Positions 11,039-23,259 of a DNA stretch of 40,373 nt are shown here, piece by piece. Positions within the stretch are counted from its first letter, which is position 1. Each line of letters opens with the position of its first letter. Both the position numbers and the translations under genes were made by a program. The notes beneath the pieces were generated by a model. It ran no database searches. It was not told the DNA's origin and was given only the letters and a program-made list of their open reading frames with translations. This DNA comes from Pseudovirgaria hyperparasitica (lineage: Eukaryota), in NCBI GenBank assembly GCA_010093815.1, contig ML996599.1. One strand, written 5' to 3'.

Positions 11039-12907
11039 CTCGCCCATCCAGGACCCCGTGCTCAACGGCCCATCCAAGAACCCATCAACTTTGAGGAGCC
11101 TGAATTGATGCTTTAATTAAATATATAGCCATAGATTAGAGAGAAACGTGTCCGCGAGAACCCATAACGTCTTCTATACTAATTCTGGCGTGCTCTATTT
11201 GAGCCTCTGCCCATGGGTTTTGCTTCTGTCTCAATTTTTCCGTGTTATCTCTTAACCGTTGAACCTTCAATTCTTGCACCTTGTTACGAGCGGCAAGATG
11301 GAGTCGAGCATCAGATACGAGTATAGGACCGTATTGCCCTATATAACGTCGAGAGGAGCTTTGACGAGCCTGCCGTGCCTTAGTTGCTCCGTTAGAGCGC
11401 TCAATATGATCGCTAAGTAGCTTACATGAACCTGCCAAGCCGAGAGATGCCTTGATTGCCTTCCTAAATAGGACCCCAGCTCTCTCAGAAACCAGATCCG
11501 ACTCTTGTATGGCCTTACTTGTCGTCTCAAGGAGTATTTTGAGGCTCTTAGGAGTGCGTGGAGTATCTGGTATCTCAAAATCGTCAGGTGTAGGATTAAC
11601 TCGAACCCGGGCCTCAAGGGTATCGAGTATGGGCCTGGGGTTAAAGGGATGGAGGCCTGATTTACGCCATCCAGACCGTATAGTCGACTGCTTGAATGCT
11701 TCCTTCCGGAAGCCGTGTATTGTATGAAGGAATTCAACCTTATTAAAGTCGCTACAACCGTCGCGGACGGCTTGATCAACGTAGCTCTTATGGTAATACT
11801 TTAGCGGCTGGAAGATACCCACGTCAAGCGGCTAAAGCATACGGCTTATATGAGGTGGGAGCCCAATAGGTACTATATCTAGTTCCCAGCACCTGGAGAT
11901 GAACTCATACGTCATATGAGAACCGTGCCCGTCAAAAACAAGGCCTCTAACAGATCCGTACTGCCGTGTACAAGTAGCCTTGTGGAAATGCTCAAGCCAT
12001 TTAAGGGTTATCTGATCGTTGGAGTAGCCGCTCTCAGACGTAGCGATCACATAGCTATCTGGAAGGCCTACCTCGTCCTTAAACCACTTCTCAAGCAAGT
12101 TGGTGCCTTGGAGTATAATGAACGGATCGATATAGTCGCCAACGGCGTTAACGGCTTCAATCGTGCCTGTCAAGTCTCGATTGGTCTGAGAAGCTACGTT
12201 TACTTGAGGCGTAGCACTCCGTCTCTTCTTCCGAACCATTGTAACAACCCATTGACCGCCTCCAATCCCATGGCGAAACCCTGTCTCGTCAAAGTTCCAT
12301 AGATCTTGAGGTTGTATACCCTTCTCCCATATAACCTTCTTGTACTCGGCATAGAAGCCGCCGATTACCTGGGATCCTCAGCGGCTATTCGTTCCATATC
12401 TTGAGGCTTTGATCTTACAACTTGTACGTCTGTATTCAGCTGTAAGAAGCGTGCGGTCCAGTCCCTGCCAAGCGGTATATACGGTTTGTCTGGGGTGGCT
12501 GATGCCATAAGGATGGAGTTGGCGGCGGCTTGTATCATGGGCCGGAGGGCAGAGATCCTAGCATTGTCTAAGGCAGTAATATATGCCTTGAGGGCAGCGA
12601 TCTGAGTATCGTTAAGGCGTAGATTAACTGGCGTACGACCTGATTTTGAAGGTATATCGCGAGCGCGACGCTTGACGCGACCGTACGGTGCCTTGTCTTC
12701 GGTGGCCGCCTTCCTCAACGAAGGGTACTTTCCGCTCTGAAAATCGCGGAGAGCAGACTGCACTCTCTACTCTTCAATATGGTACAGTAAAAGCTTAGGC
12801 ATGGCAAAGATGAAGGATATAGATGGACTCTATGAGGTTTCCTTGATACAATGGGCCGTTGAGCACGGTAGCGCCCCGTGCAACGCACGGGGTCCTGGAT
12901 GGGCGAG
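11039..12907 (-). mobile_element. Full-length pogo/Fot1-type (Tc1/mariner superfamily) DNA transposon, 1869 bp
   Basis: Perfect 23-bp TIR CTCGCCCATCCAGGACCCCGTGC at 11039 and its reverse complement ending at 12907. TA target duplications at 11037-11038 and 12908-12909. Internal DDE transposase. Confidence 0.95.
11136..12802 (-). pseudogene. pogo/Fot1 DDE_1 transposase (HTH_psq/CENP-B HTH + DDE), inactivated
   Basis: Motifs SLRKAA, LGRDWTARFL, WNFDETGF, LVFDGHGSH, LPPH.S..L(Q)PLDVGIFQPLK. TAG stops at about 12768 and 11832-11834 (CAG>TAG), and a frameshift at about 12368. Confidence 0.95.
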
Positions 12908-12934
12908 TACCCTCGCGGTGCATGGCCTAATAGA

Positions 12935-12953
12935 ACATATATACATACATACA

Positions 12954-12987
<34 letters not shown>

Positions 12988-13012
12988 CATATATACATAT
13001 ATACATATATAC
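12935..13012 (+). repeat. (TACA)n / (TA)n microsatellite
   Basis: acatatatacatacatacatacatac... directly visible. Confidence 0.95.
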
Positions 13013-13616
13013 GTGCTAGAGGCGTTCAATTTAGTATGGCCTAGATAAAGAAGAAAGAGTTTGAAGTAGCCATAAGATACCGCCACTTGTGGCGGGTGGG
13101 CGCCAAGATGTCTAAGCACAGTCTTCAGCCACGACCAGATCAGACGGTTCAGAATCTGGCTGCGGGGAACCAAAACGATGCCCACTTTCAGCAGCGCGCG
13201 ATCCAGATGGTTTTTCAGGAAGAGAAAGAGTGCACTCACTAACACGTCCAGAAAGGATAGAGTTAAAAATACGTGACTATGCCGATAGCAGGGTATAAAA
13301 CACGACAATAAGCCGCAACGGTAACCTTATGGTTCTACTCCGACGAACTTTTGACTGACGTATCCTAACAATCAGACTCGTCCTTCGCCATCCGTTTCGC
13401 GGTTCTTTGCTCTTGCTTAAGGTAAGAATTGATGCGCCTCGGATAGAAATCCAACACTAGTGCATCAGGCGACCAGGTGCCATCTTCGGCCCCACTGCGG
13501 AAACCATTTTGGTCCTGTCCACCTAGCTACAAAGTCTGGCGGTCAAACCTGTAGTTGCCTGAACTGAGTGGACCGGGGTCTCTCCTGTGACTAAGCACAC
13601 CTCTCGTTTTCGGTCC

Positions 13617-15628
13617 ATGGCTACCGTTGCCGAGCATCAATCCTTTCGCCAGCTTCTGGAAAGGCTTGTCATCGAGGTCGATGAATTCTCCCGACATGCG
13701 AACCCTATCGTACCCTCCATCGTTAGCATGGTCAAGGGTCTTAGGGTGGACCTGAACATTCTTCTTGGACAGAATGAGTCTCATACCCAACCCTATCGAA
13801 TCAAGCATGCAACCACAGCTGCACCACCGATAATAGACGATGACGTCCGCAGGACAGGAAGCCTCGGGCGGACGCAAGTGCGTATGGTGCAGGCTGCAGA
13901 GCAACTCGAGGTCACACTTCAAGACGGCTCCTCACAACCGTCACCGTCCTTGTCGCGGCAAGCCTCAGAGCCTCCTCCTCGCTCTTCGCATACCAGAAAC
14001 CGCGTTCAAGGCCGCCCAAAAAGCGCAGGGGATATACATGGACAATCACAGAGTGAACGAAACTCGGACATACCAATCTCGCGAGACTCGAAGCATCAGC
14101 GAAACGGCATTGGGGTACCAAGCCATGTTCCTACCGTCCCTCCAACTTCACGATACACAGAACAAGAAGAGTCGGAGGCGGATCGATTTGTCGATGAAAT
14201 GGTTGGCTGTCTAGAAGCGAATGTAGATCCAACTGGAATCCAAGTTCTGGACAAAGCGCTCCCGCTCGAAGTGTGCCCAGTTCGCTCGTGAAAGTGCGAT
14301 ATATGTCCCCAAAGACGTCCTCGAGGAATCGAGCATACCATACAAAATTGTTCGTCGGCATCGTGGGGAGATACTGGTCACGTTCCCGAACACATACCAT
14401 CAAGGCTTTAGCGTTGGAGCTACTATCGCAGAGGCCGTGAATTACGCTGACGACGAGTGGGACCCAGAAAAGTGCAAAGCTTGTACGGAGCGTACCTGCC
14501 CGAACGGCTTCATTGGGCAAGACGTGATGGCGCTCTGTAGCGCTGGGGAAGAGCAACTGTCCGCTGGCGAAGGCGGCGGATCAGAGTCGATATCTAGCAT
14601 ATCTAGTGATTCAGCGTCGGAGACAAGTGGTGATCGAACTCGGCAGAAATGACCGTCGAAGCCGAACCCGTCAGAGACCAAAGTAGTCCGCACGGGTAAG
14701 GTTCGTCGATCGAAAGCAAAGAGCAAGGAAGCACCGGTCTTCCATAACCCTCCTGCAAAGAAGTCGGCCGTGGTTGCTCAGTTATCTACCAACTTGAACA
14801 CGATCCTCTCAACGCCCAAGACTCCTCCTGCAGAGGATAAAGCCGATTGCGGATATGACGAAAGCCGCTGCGTGCTTCTGACCAAACTTTTCTATGCCAT
14901 TGGAAGCCCGGAAGCTGTTTGTCAGCTCCATAACGCTTACAAGGCGTTGAGGACAGCAGGTTGCCATATATCTCCGTCAATGGATGACATCGCCGATGCA
15001 GTCCAAGCTCTTAATAAACTTAATGCTACCATTCATCTATATGCAATAATACGTCGATTCCACCTCGTATCGCTTTGTCACCATCGCAATGTTTTGCTGG
15101 CAGAGACTCGAGTAACGCGAGGCGGCAATGCACAGGAGTCTGGCAGATCTGAGACCGTAGCTCATCGGAAGCTAATGTCACATGCTTATCCGGGTTTGGA
15201 ACCGGGCAGGTTGAAGCGAGGCAACGTCAAGGACAATTATGTCAAGAAGTCCCAGGCGTTGACACACCGACTTAAGATTGGACAGCGTTGGTCCATGCTA
15301 GCGAAGGCATTCGCACCTGGCATCCTTGCTCTCATTCCCATCCGAGGGGATTTCCAGCTCTCGAATTCGGAGTAAGTAGTTCAGAGTCTTTCCGGCCAGC
15401 TAGCTAATTCAGATCAGTTACGAAAAGCTTCCTGCTCCTACGATCGCAATTTTGATAGACGTCCTACAACGACACAGAGGCGGCTTTCTGCAGGAATTTA
15501 GCACATGTCTCGACTTTTTTGCTCTAGCCAATGCCGAAAATTCTCTCGTAAGGCAGGATGCTGACACTCTGAAACAGGAAGAATACGATTCACCGCGTCT
15601 AGTCGAGCTCTGCAAGTCGCAGCCGTGA
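13617..15628 (+). pseudogene. JmjC-domain protein pseudogene (N-terminal half of JmjC deleted, premature stop)
   Basis: After a frameshift at about 14270: CAQFARESAIYVP..GEILVTFPNTYHQGFSVGATIAEAVNYA, the JmjC C-terminal His motif. In-frame TGA at 14650-14652. Intron at about 15372-15417, then YEKLPAPTIAILIDVL..CKSQP*. Confidence 0.8.
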
Positions 15629-16814
15629 TGGTTAACGGAGAGGAGTGCCACAGAGGAGGATTACCGTACAGTACAGATAGGCTTCATGTGACGAAAACTT
15701 GCAGACATCGATCCACGCTCGCGAGGCTTGCGCTGGATCTGCTTCGGGGTAGATGACTCCACCAACGTCTTGGCGACCAGCCTCTAGATCTACGCCGCCT
15801 TATGGGGGAGCGCGCCACATCCCAACCCTGTGGTCGCGCCAGGGTCTTTTTTTAACCGTATTGACATCCCTGACTTGAGCAACTGCCACCCCCTCGGAAT
15901 CCCATTTTTAGGCAAGCCGAAGTAGAGGGTGGGTCCAAAACCGGTCCGGCGACCTCGCATCCGGGGTTCCGTTTTCTCATACGGAGTCATGCACGAACGT
16001 AACTCAGAGCCCAAAACCGAGTTGAGATTCAGAGATCTGCAGGTAGTTTAAGTATACCCTCTAGAAAGGGCGGTTTTTCAGGGTCTTCGGCTCGCTCGCT
16101 GCCGCTGCGCGTTCGAACCCTCGCTTCTTAGCAGAGCAGTTAGTGATGCTCACCTCACTTTACCGCCAATTATTAGCCGGAGAGGGCGATGATGTAGCAC
16201 TTCGTTACTAAGGACAGTCTCCAGACTTCCTATCAAACAAACAGTTCAGTTCCGAGCCTCTATTTGAAGTTGAACTGAAGCACTTTAGTTTACCTCGCGG
16301 TATATTTGAACCGGGATGTCAGTTCTAGTGGTAGAATTGAAGTTGACTCAGTTGAACTGAAGTTTAGTAGATAGTATGTCTAGAGTGAAGAAATAGCGTA
16401 AAAATACGGTAAATTTAAGTCTATATAGAAGATTTTCGTACGCCTAGACGACGTTTATATACCTAGGTATATACTTAAGAGTACTAAGTCGGCTAAAACG
16501 TCTAGATTCGTTAAGTAACTATTAATACTCGATGGAAGTTTTGGCCCGAAAAACCAGTTCTAGCATAGGTCATCGCAGAGGCGGTTCAGAATCTTAGTAG
16601 GATATAGCAGAACATCTTACAGTGTCTTTCTGTTTAATCCCAGAGCCGTAGCCGAAGCTCAGGATTCGACTTTTTGGAATATCCTTGGACAGGAACTCTT
16701 TCGGCAAGAGCACTGCATTGTTCCAGCACTCACTTTACCTCTGCTTTCTCCCCATAATACCACGTACTTAACCCATACGGCGCCATATTCACGGGTTTTA
16801 AAGGGTCGAGATTG

Positions 16815-17402
16815 TCAATAGAGCTTGAGCTGACTGGTACCGTACATAATCGGGAAGTACTGGTTATATTGATAGGAACCTGACTTCTTTTCCAAGTCAA
16901 ATGCTCGAGCATCCAGCCGAGTAGAACAGAGTTGGAGCTGATCTGTCCAATACTCTTCCTGGGTCATACGAAGCTCGAGCAATGCTACCTGCTCAGGGAG
17001 TCCATGATATGGGTCTGTCTGGACGACCCGAGGCTCACATTCTCTCCAAGAGATATCTTCTGACGTGGTGTTCCATGTTGCGGTCGTCTCCTGCAGCGAC
17101 TCCCAGTTTTCTTGTTGGAACTCGATTGGCCACGGAGATTGACATTGTGCCCTCAGAAGATCCAAGTCCGGCTCAAAGGAGTATTCATTGACGTCAGCGA
17201 AAAAGTCGGAGGAATCAGCTGTCATGTGTCCAGACCCTAGGTTGTTTCGATATAAGATCGCCGGTGGAGAGCTCGAAGGAAAGGTCCAATTCTCCCAAGT
17301 GGCATTAAGGTTGTCAGGGCCACCAACACAGAGCGCAACTTCGCTGTCTGGAGGCGTGATGCTGTAGATACTCATACTCGGACGGCAAGACTGGTCATCC
17401 AT
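16815..17402 (-). CDS. Hypothetical protein
   Basis: 195-aa ATG-initiated ORF; no recognisable domain. Confidence 0.45.
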   Translation of the reverse strand: MDDQSCRPSMSIYSITPPDSEVALCVGGPDNLNATWENWTFPSSSPPAILYRNNLGSGHMTADSSDFFADVNEYSFEPDLDLLRAQCQSPWPIEFQQENWESLQETTATWNTTSEDISWRECEPRVVQTDPYHGLPEQVALLELRMTQEEYWTDQLQLCSTRLDARAFDLEKKSGSYQYNQYFPIMYGTSQLKLY

Positions 17403-17746
17403 CGTTGTACGAAGTATCTCCCAAGAATCCCTCTAGCTTGACAAACAGGTTTTATGCTATACATTGCTTAGAATCATCCTTGTGCAGTTATCATCAAACA
17501 AGTTTCATGGGCTATGCTAACGATGTGCTACCAAAAAAAGATTACGATTTCAAAGGCGTCCGCGTGCAATACAGTATGATGCTATATTTAGCAAACTTGG
17601 CCCAGTTTCGGGGACCCAGGCGTATACTTGGATCAAGCAGACGGCTGAGGACTTCCTTTACACGACCGGTAACGGAATCTCAGGTGTCGGACGATCTGTC
17701 TATCTCGCACACGCACAAAAGTCTGTTCAATGCTGTATCGAGAGTA

Positions 17747-18480
17747 CTAACTAGAAATGAAATGTAAAGAGATCAGCTGTAATGACGGCCCGCTTCGGAT
17801 CTCGGACCGGATCTTGTCACTTTCACTCCGTGCCTCTTCTATTTATAGCTGCTTTTCTACTATACTTAAGGGGCTTTCACTGTCGGTATGCCTAGAAGTG
17901 TATCCCTACCTATCCAGTATGGGGCTAATCCGTTCGGAAAAGGGAGTCGACTTTCCGCCAATCTCGCACCCTCAACCTGTTAAGTCTGGTTGTCTGAGAA
18001 TCTCGAGCTCAGAGAAGAGTTGCAATGGGAGCGAGAGCGCTTCTGGTATACTGGCCGACTTCGATATACTCGTTGCGCCCGAGGATATCTTAAGTCAGCC
18101 CAAAGACCTGCGACAAATTGATCATATGCCCGCCAGGTACAGTGAGAAGGACGAATGGGGGCTGGGCTTCGCCGCAGGTGACTCCAGTTCTTGCGAGAAG
18201 ATAGTAGCCCATATTGAACTGGTACTTGGCTGTTACCATCATCTTTCGAGTGCTCGTCCTTTCCAACTAATGCTTCAACACACTTGTGATAACCTTGACT
18301 TTTCGAACATCATCAATGAACGCCTGCCATTGCAGCCAAGCCGTGTTGAATCTGTGCGCGTCTTGCGATGCGCTTGATTTCTGCAAGCTGTCTATAAACG
18401 CCAAAAGATCTGGGGTGTCCATACTCTGGACTTCCTCGTTATCAAGTATGAGCCATGAGAAACAGACGCCGTTCTAGTCC
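17747..18480 (-). pseudogene. Decayed hypothetical gene fragment
   Basis: Protein-like minus-strand frame NGVCFSWLILDNEEVQSMDTPDLLAFIDSLQ..WLQWQAFIDDVRKVK, an intron-like GTACCT..GCTGAC..AAG, and several TAG/TGA/TAA stops. Confidence 0.35.
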
Positions 18481-18598
18481 GGTGTGATGTGTGACCTAAG
18501 GTGATGTAGTTAATAAGGTCTCTGTTCGGCCGGAGGTATCCATAATCATAGTACGAGGCGCCCTAAGAGAGTACCGAGTTGCAGAATGCCTGTATCGT

Positions 18599-19140
18599 GT
18601 GAGTGATCCACCGGCTTCAAAGATACACAGTAGGCAACTGGAGCTACTGAAAGGCCATTTTTCGAAGTTTAAAAGCCATACTACATGTTTTTGCTGCTTG
18701 ATGAGGGAGCCTGACAAAGTCTTTGATTGCGGCCACTCGTGCTGCAATGGGTGCATCGCTCTCTACGGTAACGCTCGCAAGAATGTTCGACATGGCTATC
18801 ATCTCAAAGCATGTCTACTGTGCGGTGCGTCCATAAAAACTCCTGACTTCGAATTCATGCCGCCCACCGCAGGGCCGCGCGTCCTCAGCTTAGATGGTGG
18901 TGGCATTCGTGGAGTCATACCTTTGACGTTCTTAGTTGGACTTGGCCGGAGACTCAAGCCTTTGGAACTTCCATTAAGACACTTTTTCGACTATGTTTGC
19001 GGCACGTCAGCTGGTAAGTTCCTTGAAATGCAGATACGTATATACCCTGACACGATAAAGGGGGTCTTATTACTCTAGGTATATTCATTATGGAATGGAC
19101 CCCAGAAGACTGTCTTCAGAAGTTCGAGGCAATGGCGCAT
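18599..19140 (+). pseudogene. Patatin-like phospholipase fragment with an upstream Cys-rich RING-like region; truncated at both ends
   Basis: SHTTCFCCLMREP...CGHSCCNGC...CLLCG...PPTAGPRVLSLDGGGIRG...FFDYVCGTSAG, intron, GLITLGIF..W..EDCLQKFE. The downstream catalytic Asp (DGG) region is absent. Confidence 0.85.
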
Positions 19141-19286
19141 CTAACACATACCACCGCTGGCAAGGCAATGATGCAGACTGAGATTTTCATAGTGAAGACG
19201 AAGACGAAGAATAAGAAGAAGAGAAGGAAGAGGAAGAAGAAGAAGGATGCGTTGCGGTATCAGCACTTTAGTGGCTGCTGGCCTTG

Positions 19287-19664
19287 AGATGATGGGGTGT
19301 CATACACATTCAGAATGCCTGCACCGCGCAGTCTAAATGCACGCCTTAACCTCGTTCCCCTTTTCCACTGAGCTTCGTGCGCCGTATCTAAACCCCTTCT
19401 CTCAGGTGTAACACTGCAGCATCTTCAAAAGTCATGCTAAAGTTTGCTCTCCCAGTGATTGTGACCTTTTTAGGCATAGCGACAAGCATGTCCCAGCAAG
19501 ATGCTCGGTCACCTCGATTGGTCATGTACTATGATCAGTAAGCATATCCTGAAGCAACTTCAGGCGGCGCACAACACTAAACGGGCATCAGATGGCATCC
19601 GGATGCCTCGATGGATCTGATATGTTCCAAAGGAATCACGCATGTTATATTGTCGTTCATGCTA
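19287..19664 (+). repeat. Dispersed duplication C (direct copy of 25639-26015): promoter and 5' end of a GH18 chitinase
   Basis: Matches from GAGATGAT.GGGTGTCA to ATATTGTCGTTCATGCT. Confidence 0.95.
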
Positions 19665-19935
19665 AGCCACCACCTTAACAACGAAACACTCGATCCACTG
19701 TGGACGGCTAATGAACCTAGCCATAATTGGCATGTCAATGCGTTGAAAAGCCTGAAAGTGAATTGCCCCGATGTCAAAGTCAGTCTTGCGGTTGGCGGAT
19801 GGAACGACGACCCCGAAATCGGTTGGCGGAAGACCATAGAGAGCGACGCTAGTCTCTCTTTGTTCGTACATAATCTCCACAGAGTTCTCTATGGCGATTT
19901 CCCCATATTCGAAAACCATCAATTCGATGGAGTTG
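19434..19935 (+). pseudogene. Secreted GH18 chitinase, 5' half only (exons 19434-19537, 19592-19935)
   Basis: Signal peptide MLKFALPVIVTFLGIATS; RLVMYYDQ|WH; GITHVILSF; KVSLAVGGW; FDGV followed by an intron. The exon expected to supply DIDWE is replaced by BCS1 sequence. Confidence 0.85.
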
Positions 19936-19991
19936 GTAAGCAAGTCCCTTCAAACTTCCTGTTGGGATGGCCTATTGACAGTTGCTACCAA

Positions 19992-21250
19992 GTATATCCA
20001 CCGGTACATCACTTCATGAGTCGAGGATCACTACAGTATGTCTCACTGGCTGTACTAACTCATTGCTGACAGTAACATCAGTCTCGTCCGTTCGCATCTC
20101 CGACAATACCGAAGTTCGCGATATGCTCGACGGCTGGATGGATGTGCATCTTGCTAATTCAACTCGATTCTCTTTCGCACGCATTGGCGGACGATTCACT
20201 TTTTTCCGAGACGACGAGTCTTATGTAAAGCCCAAGAGGCCGCTTCAGTTCGTTCCAGGGCATGGGACGCATTGGTTCAAGACGAGCGGCACATGGTTTC
20301 GATATCGTAATGTGGAAGAGCACGCGCCGAGTCCACGGCAAGTAACGTACATCAGTTGCTGGGGGCGGTCCCAAAGACCAGTGCGGAGTTTTCTCAACAC
20401 ATGTCGGGAACAGTATCTAAAGGATATTGCAAAGAAAACGCTTGTCTATGAGAATCGCGATAGATCTTGGATAAAGGCGCGAGCCAGGAGGACTCGACAG
20501 CTACATACCATTATACTCGATAAATCAGTGAAGGAAACGTGGCTTCGTGATATCGAGCAGTTTCTCGATCCTAAGACTCGGGCCCAATACATGGATACCG
20601 GTCCACCTGGGACAGGGAAGACCAGTGCGACGTTGGCAATCGCAGACCGCTTTGGAACCGACGTGTACAAGCTAAATCTTGGTGCCGGCTTACAGAGCTC
20701 AGAGCTGAACAAACTCCTTGACGAGGTTCCTGAACGCTCTCTTCTCCTAGCTGAGGATATAGACGCCGTAACTTCAGCTCAAGCACGAACCTCCCACAAT
20801 GAAAACGATCCCTCCCCTGGGAATACACAGCCAGCTAAAACAGAGTCAACTACGATCAGCTTGTCAGATCTATTGAATCTTATGGATGGCGTCGCGTCTG
20901 TAGAGGGTGTGTTACTTATTCTTACCACGAATCATCCTGAAAAGTTGGATGCTGCCCTTGTGCGTCCTGGACGCATAGATCAGATGATCGAACTTGGTCT
21001 CACAACCTCAGAAGTCAACCATGATCTCTTCCATAACTTCTACAAGCAGGTGTGCGAGAGCGCTGCTGAAAATGACAACTTTTACAATGTGAGTTCGTTG
21101 GCCAAGGAATTTGCCGGGAAAGTTCCGCAGAATGAGTTCTCTCCCGCGGAAGTGCTGTCTCTCTTTCAGGAAAATATGCGCGCGCCACAGGCTGCAGTAG
21201 ATGGCGCAGAGGACTGGATGGCCAAAATCAGGCAAGGCAGGCAGAAATGA
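19992..21250 (+). pseudogene. BCS1-like AAA+ ATPase, 5'-truncated and probably inactive
   Basis: Walker A GPPGTGKT, Walker B LLLAEDID, SLSDLLNLMDGV, TTNHPEKLDAALVRPGRID, FSPAEV. The conserved GIPYRRGYLLY before Walker A is missing. An in-frame TGA lies in the first remaining exon (YITS*VEDHY). Confidence 0.85.
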
Positions 21251-21689
21251 AACCCCGATCTTCAGTCAGAATGCATGTAATCAATGATAAGCGCCTAGTG
21301 GTCGCAGAGAGCAGAGCTAGGGTCGAGGACATTCTCTGTGAGCCTGGTGCTGCAGATCGGACTGTGCTCTTCCTCAAGGAATGTCGTGACACTATCACAC
21401 TAACCCAGAGAGTAGCCACTGGTGAAGGGGGCTGTACTTCAGGCTAGAGCCTGCATCTTTTGTACACAAGCACACTTGATTGGCCACTGATCGTACCGAA
21501 GATGTTTTTATTCTCAAGAACGTGAGGCATCCGCATGATTACAAATAAATCGATAGCACACTCTGTGCAGCAGAGATTAGGGCTGAACATCGTGCTATGG
21601 CAACAGCTTCAAACACAAGTGGCCCTTACGAGAATGCCCTCATCCATGACCCGTAACATACATATCCGGCGGCTGAGTTTACCGAGAGA

Positions 21690-23010
21690 CTAGGAAAGAA
21701 GATTACTCGACACAGCCAACCCTCCGTCATCTCTACTACTATCATCCATCCATACCATTGTATTATCTGAGCTGGGCCATGACAACGAGATGTTCGTATA
21801 TGCACCATGCGGCACTCTTAATGCATGATAGGGGTAAGTTGTGCTTGATCTCAAGTTAGGATCCACTTGTGGCAGGTCCATGGAATAATAGTCGTCTTGT
21901 GGCGTCAGAAAATTATACTCTGACACATTTTTAGGAAATAATTGCTGGGACCAAAGATTTTGTCTGTGTTGAGATAGCCAGCTACCATCATTGAAGACGG
22001 AAGCAGCAGCAGCACCCATTCCGGACATGTCCACCAAGGACGAGTCGGCTTCGCAGACCACGTTGACAGGATGTTCCTGGTGGGTCAGCTGGTGAACGTC
22101 CACCGAGGCCTGATTTCTAGAATCGCGCATCAGAGGTGTTTCTGGTATCCTACTGGCCCCGATGTTAGCATCGCTGGTGTTTGTTTCGTGGTCATCGGAC
22201 TCCGCCCGGTTGTGCAACGCGTCGTTCTCTTTCTCTATCATGGAGCCATTCTCATTGGGTTTCGGACTGGTGGTGAGCTCTAGGCTGTCCACGCATCCTT
22301 TGGCTGGTTGCTCTCCTTGTTTAGTTCTGGATTTGCGACATTCGGTCATGTTGGCTACCGCATGTTGAAAATCTTGATGTAGTTGCGCGAGCGTTTCCTT
22401 GGACTCTGCGATTCTTTTGGTGGTATCTACGATTTTTTGGCATACTGTTCCAACTCTCTCATAGGGCTGTGTTCCTGCATCTTCCATGTTGGCTATCGCG
22501 TCTTCAAATCCTTGCTGTAGTTGCGTGAGCGCTTCCTGAGACTCTGCGATTCCTTCACTAGTATCTACGATTTTTTGGCATACCGTGCCAGCTGTCACAT
22601 ACAGCAGTATTCCTGCATCGCTCGTTCGAGATGGCGCCGTGATCGCAGGACCAAGTATAGTCGTCGAGACATCCGGTGGAAGACTAGCGCGTGCGGGCTC
22701 TGGTTGCGCATCCACTTCGACCGTGCCTGGCCGACGGAACAATGGCGAGTCAGGAGCTGCCGCGGAGCTGCTTACAAAGTCTGGCGATTCTGGAGACGAT
22801 GATGACCAGTCTGAATTTGCAAGATGTGAATCCGCAAGATGCGAAGGGGCTGCTGTGGGTGGGTTGTCGAGACGTCTCGGCGATTCTGGTAATGGCCCTG
22901 CGAGCGTCACCAGCGGGCCATTGGTCTGTTGTTCGTTGTTGGGACACCGTAGCTTAACAGTGGTTGTGCTTGACGAGTCGATTTCCTCACGCACCTGCAG
23001 AATTCTCTCG
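21690..23010 (-). CDS. Low-complexity hypothetical protein with an internal 46-aa coiled-coil repeat; true 5' end unclear
   Basis: Long ORF; GTVCQKIVDT...IAES.E.L.QL.Q.F..A.ANM occurs twice. Confidence 0.55.
22347..22585 (-). repeat. Intragenic tandem duplication, period 138 bp
   Basis: catgttggcta...gtatctacgattttttggcatac at 22347-22445 and 22485-22583. Confidence 0.9.
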
Positions 23011-23027
23011 TTCATCGAATGCTTCCG

Positions 23028-23243
23028 CAGACTCCATTGGATGTTTTCTTTCAGTCCTACCCCGATTTCGACTACGATCCTTCTCTTCCTCTTTCGTATG
23101 CCAACTTGCGAAGACACAAAGAATGGCATCGTGATAGTGTCGCATCAAACGAGGCGTGGAATCAGTACCAAGAGGCACTGAAAAGCGAGTTGTACATGTG
23201 GTACGGTGCCGAGAGCGACTTGACAGCCTGGCATGCTCTTCGC
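23028..23243 (+). pseudogene. Fragment of a conserved fungal hypothetical protein
   Basis: TPLDVFFQSYPDFDYDPSLP..YANLRRHKEW..AWNQYQEALKSELYMWYGAESDLTAWHAL resembles a recurrent fungal family (FF..YP.F.YDP...YG.E.DL.AW..LC). It has no start or continuation. Confidence 0.55.
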
Positions 23244-23259
23244 TAATATACATGTGGCT

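Noticed and set aside
12715..13308. 197-aa ORF with YVCMYVCM repeats
   Set aside because: Produced by reading through the (TACA)n microsatellite and the transposon TIR.
16085..16118. Vector ori or AAV ITR contamination (GCTCGCTCGCTG...)
   Set aside because: Only a short resemblance, with no extended match to vector sequence.
19190..19250. Lys/Arg-rich NLS-like ORF (KKKRRKRKKKK)
   Set aside because: A purine-rich GAA tract; more plausibly an off-frame acidic (E/D) stretch of an unrelated fragment.
23010..23129. N-terminus of the 479-aa ORF
   Set aside because: Overlaps a recognisable plus-strand gene fragment, so it is likely antisense read-through.
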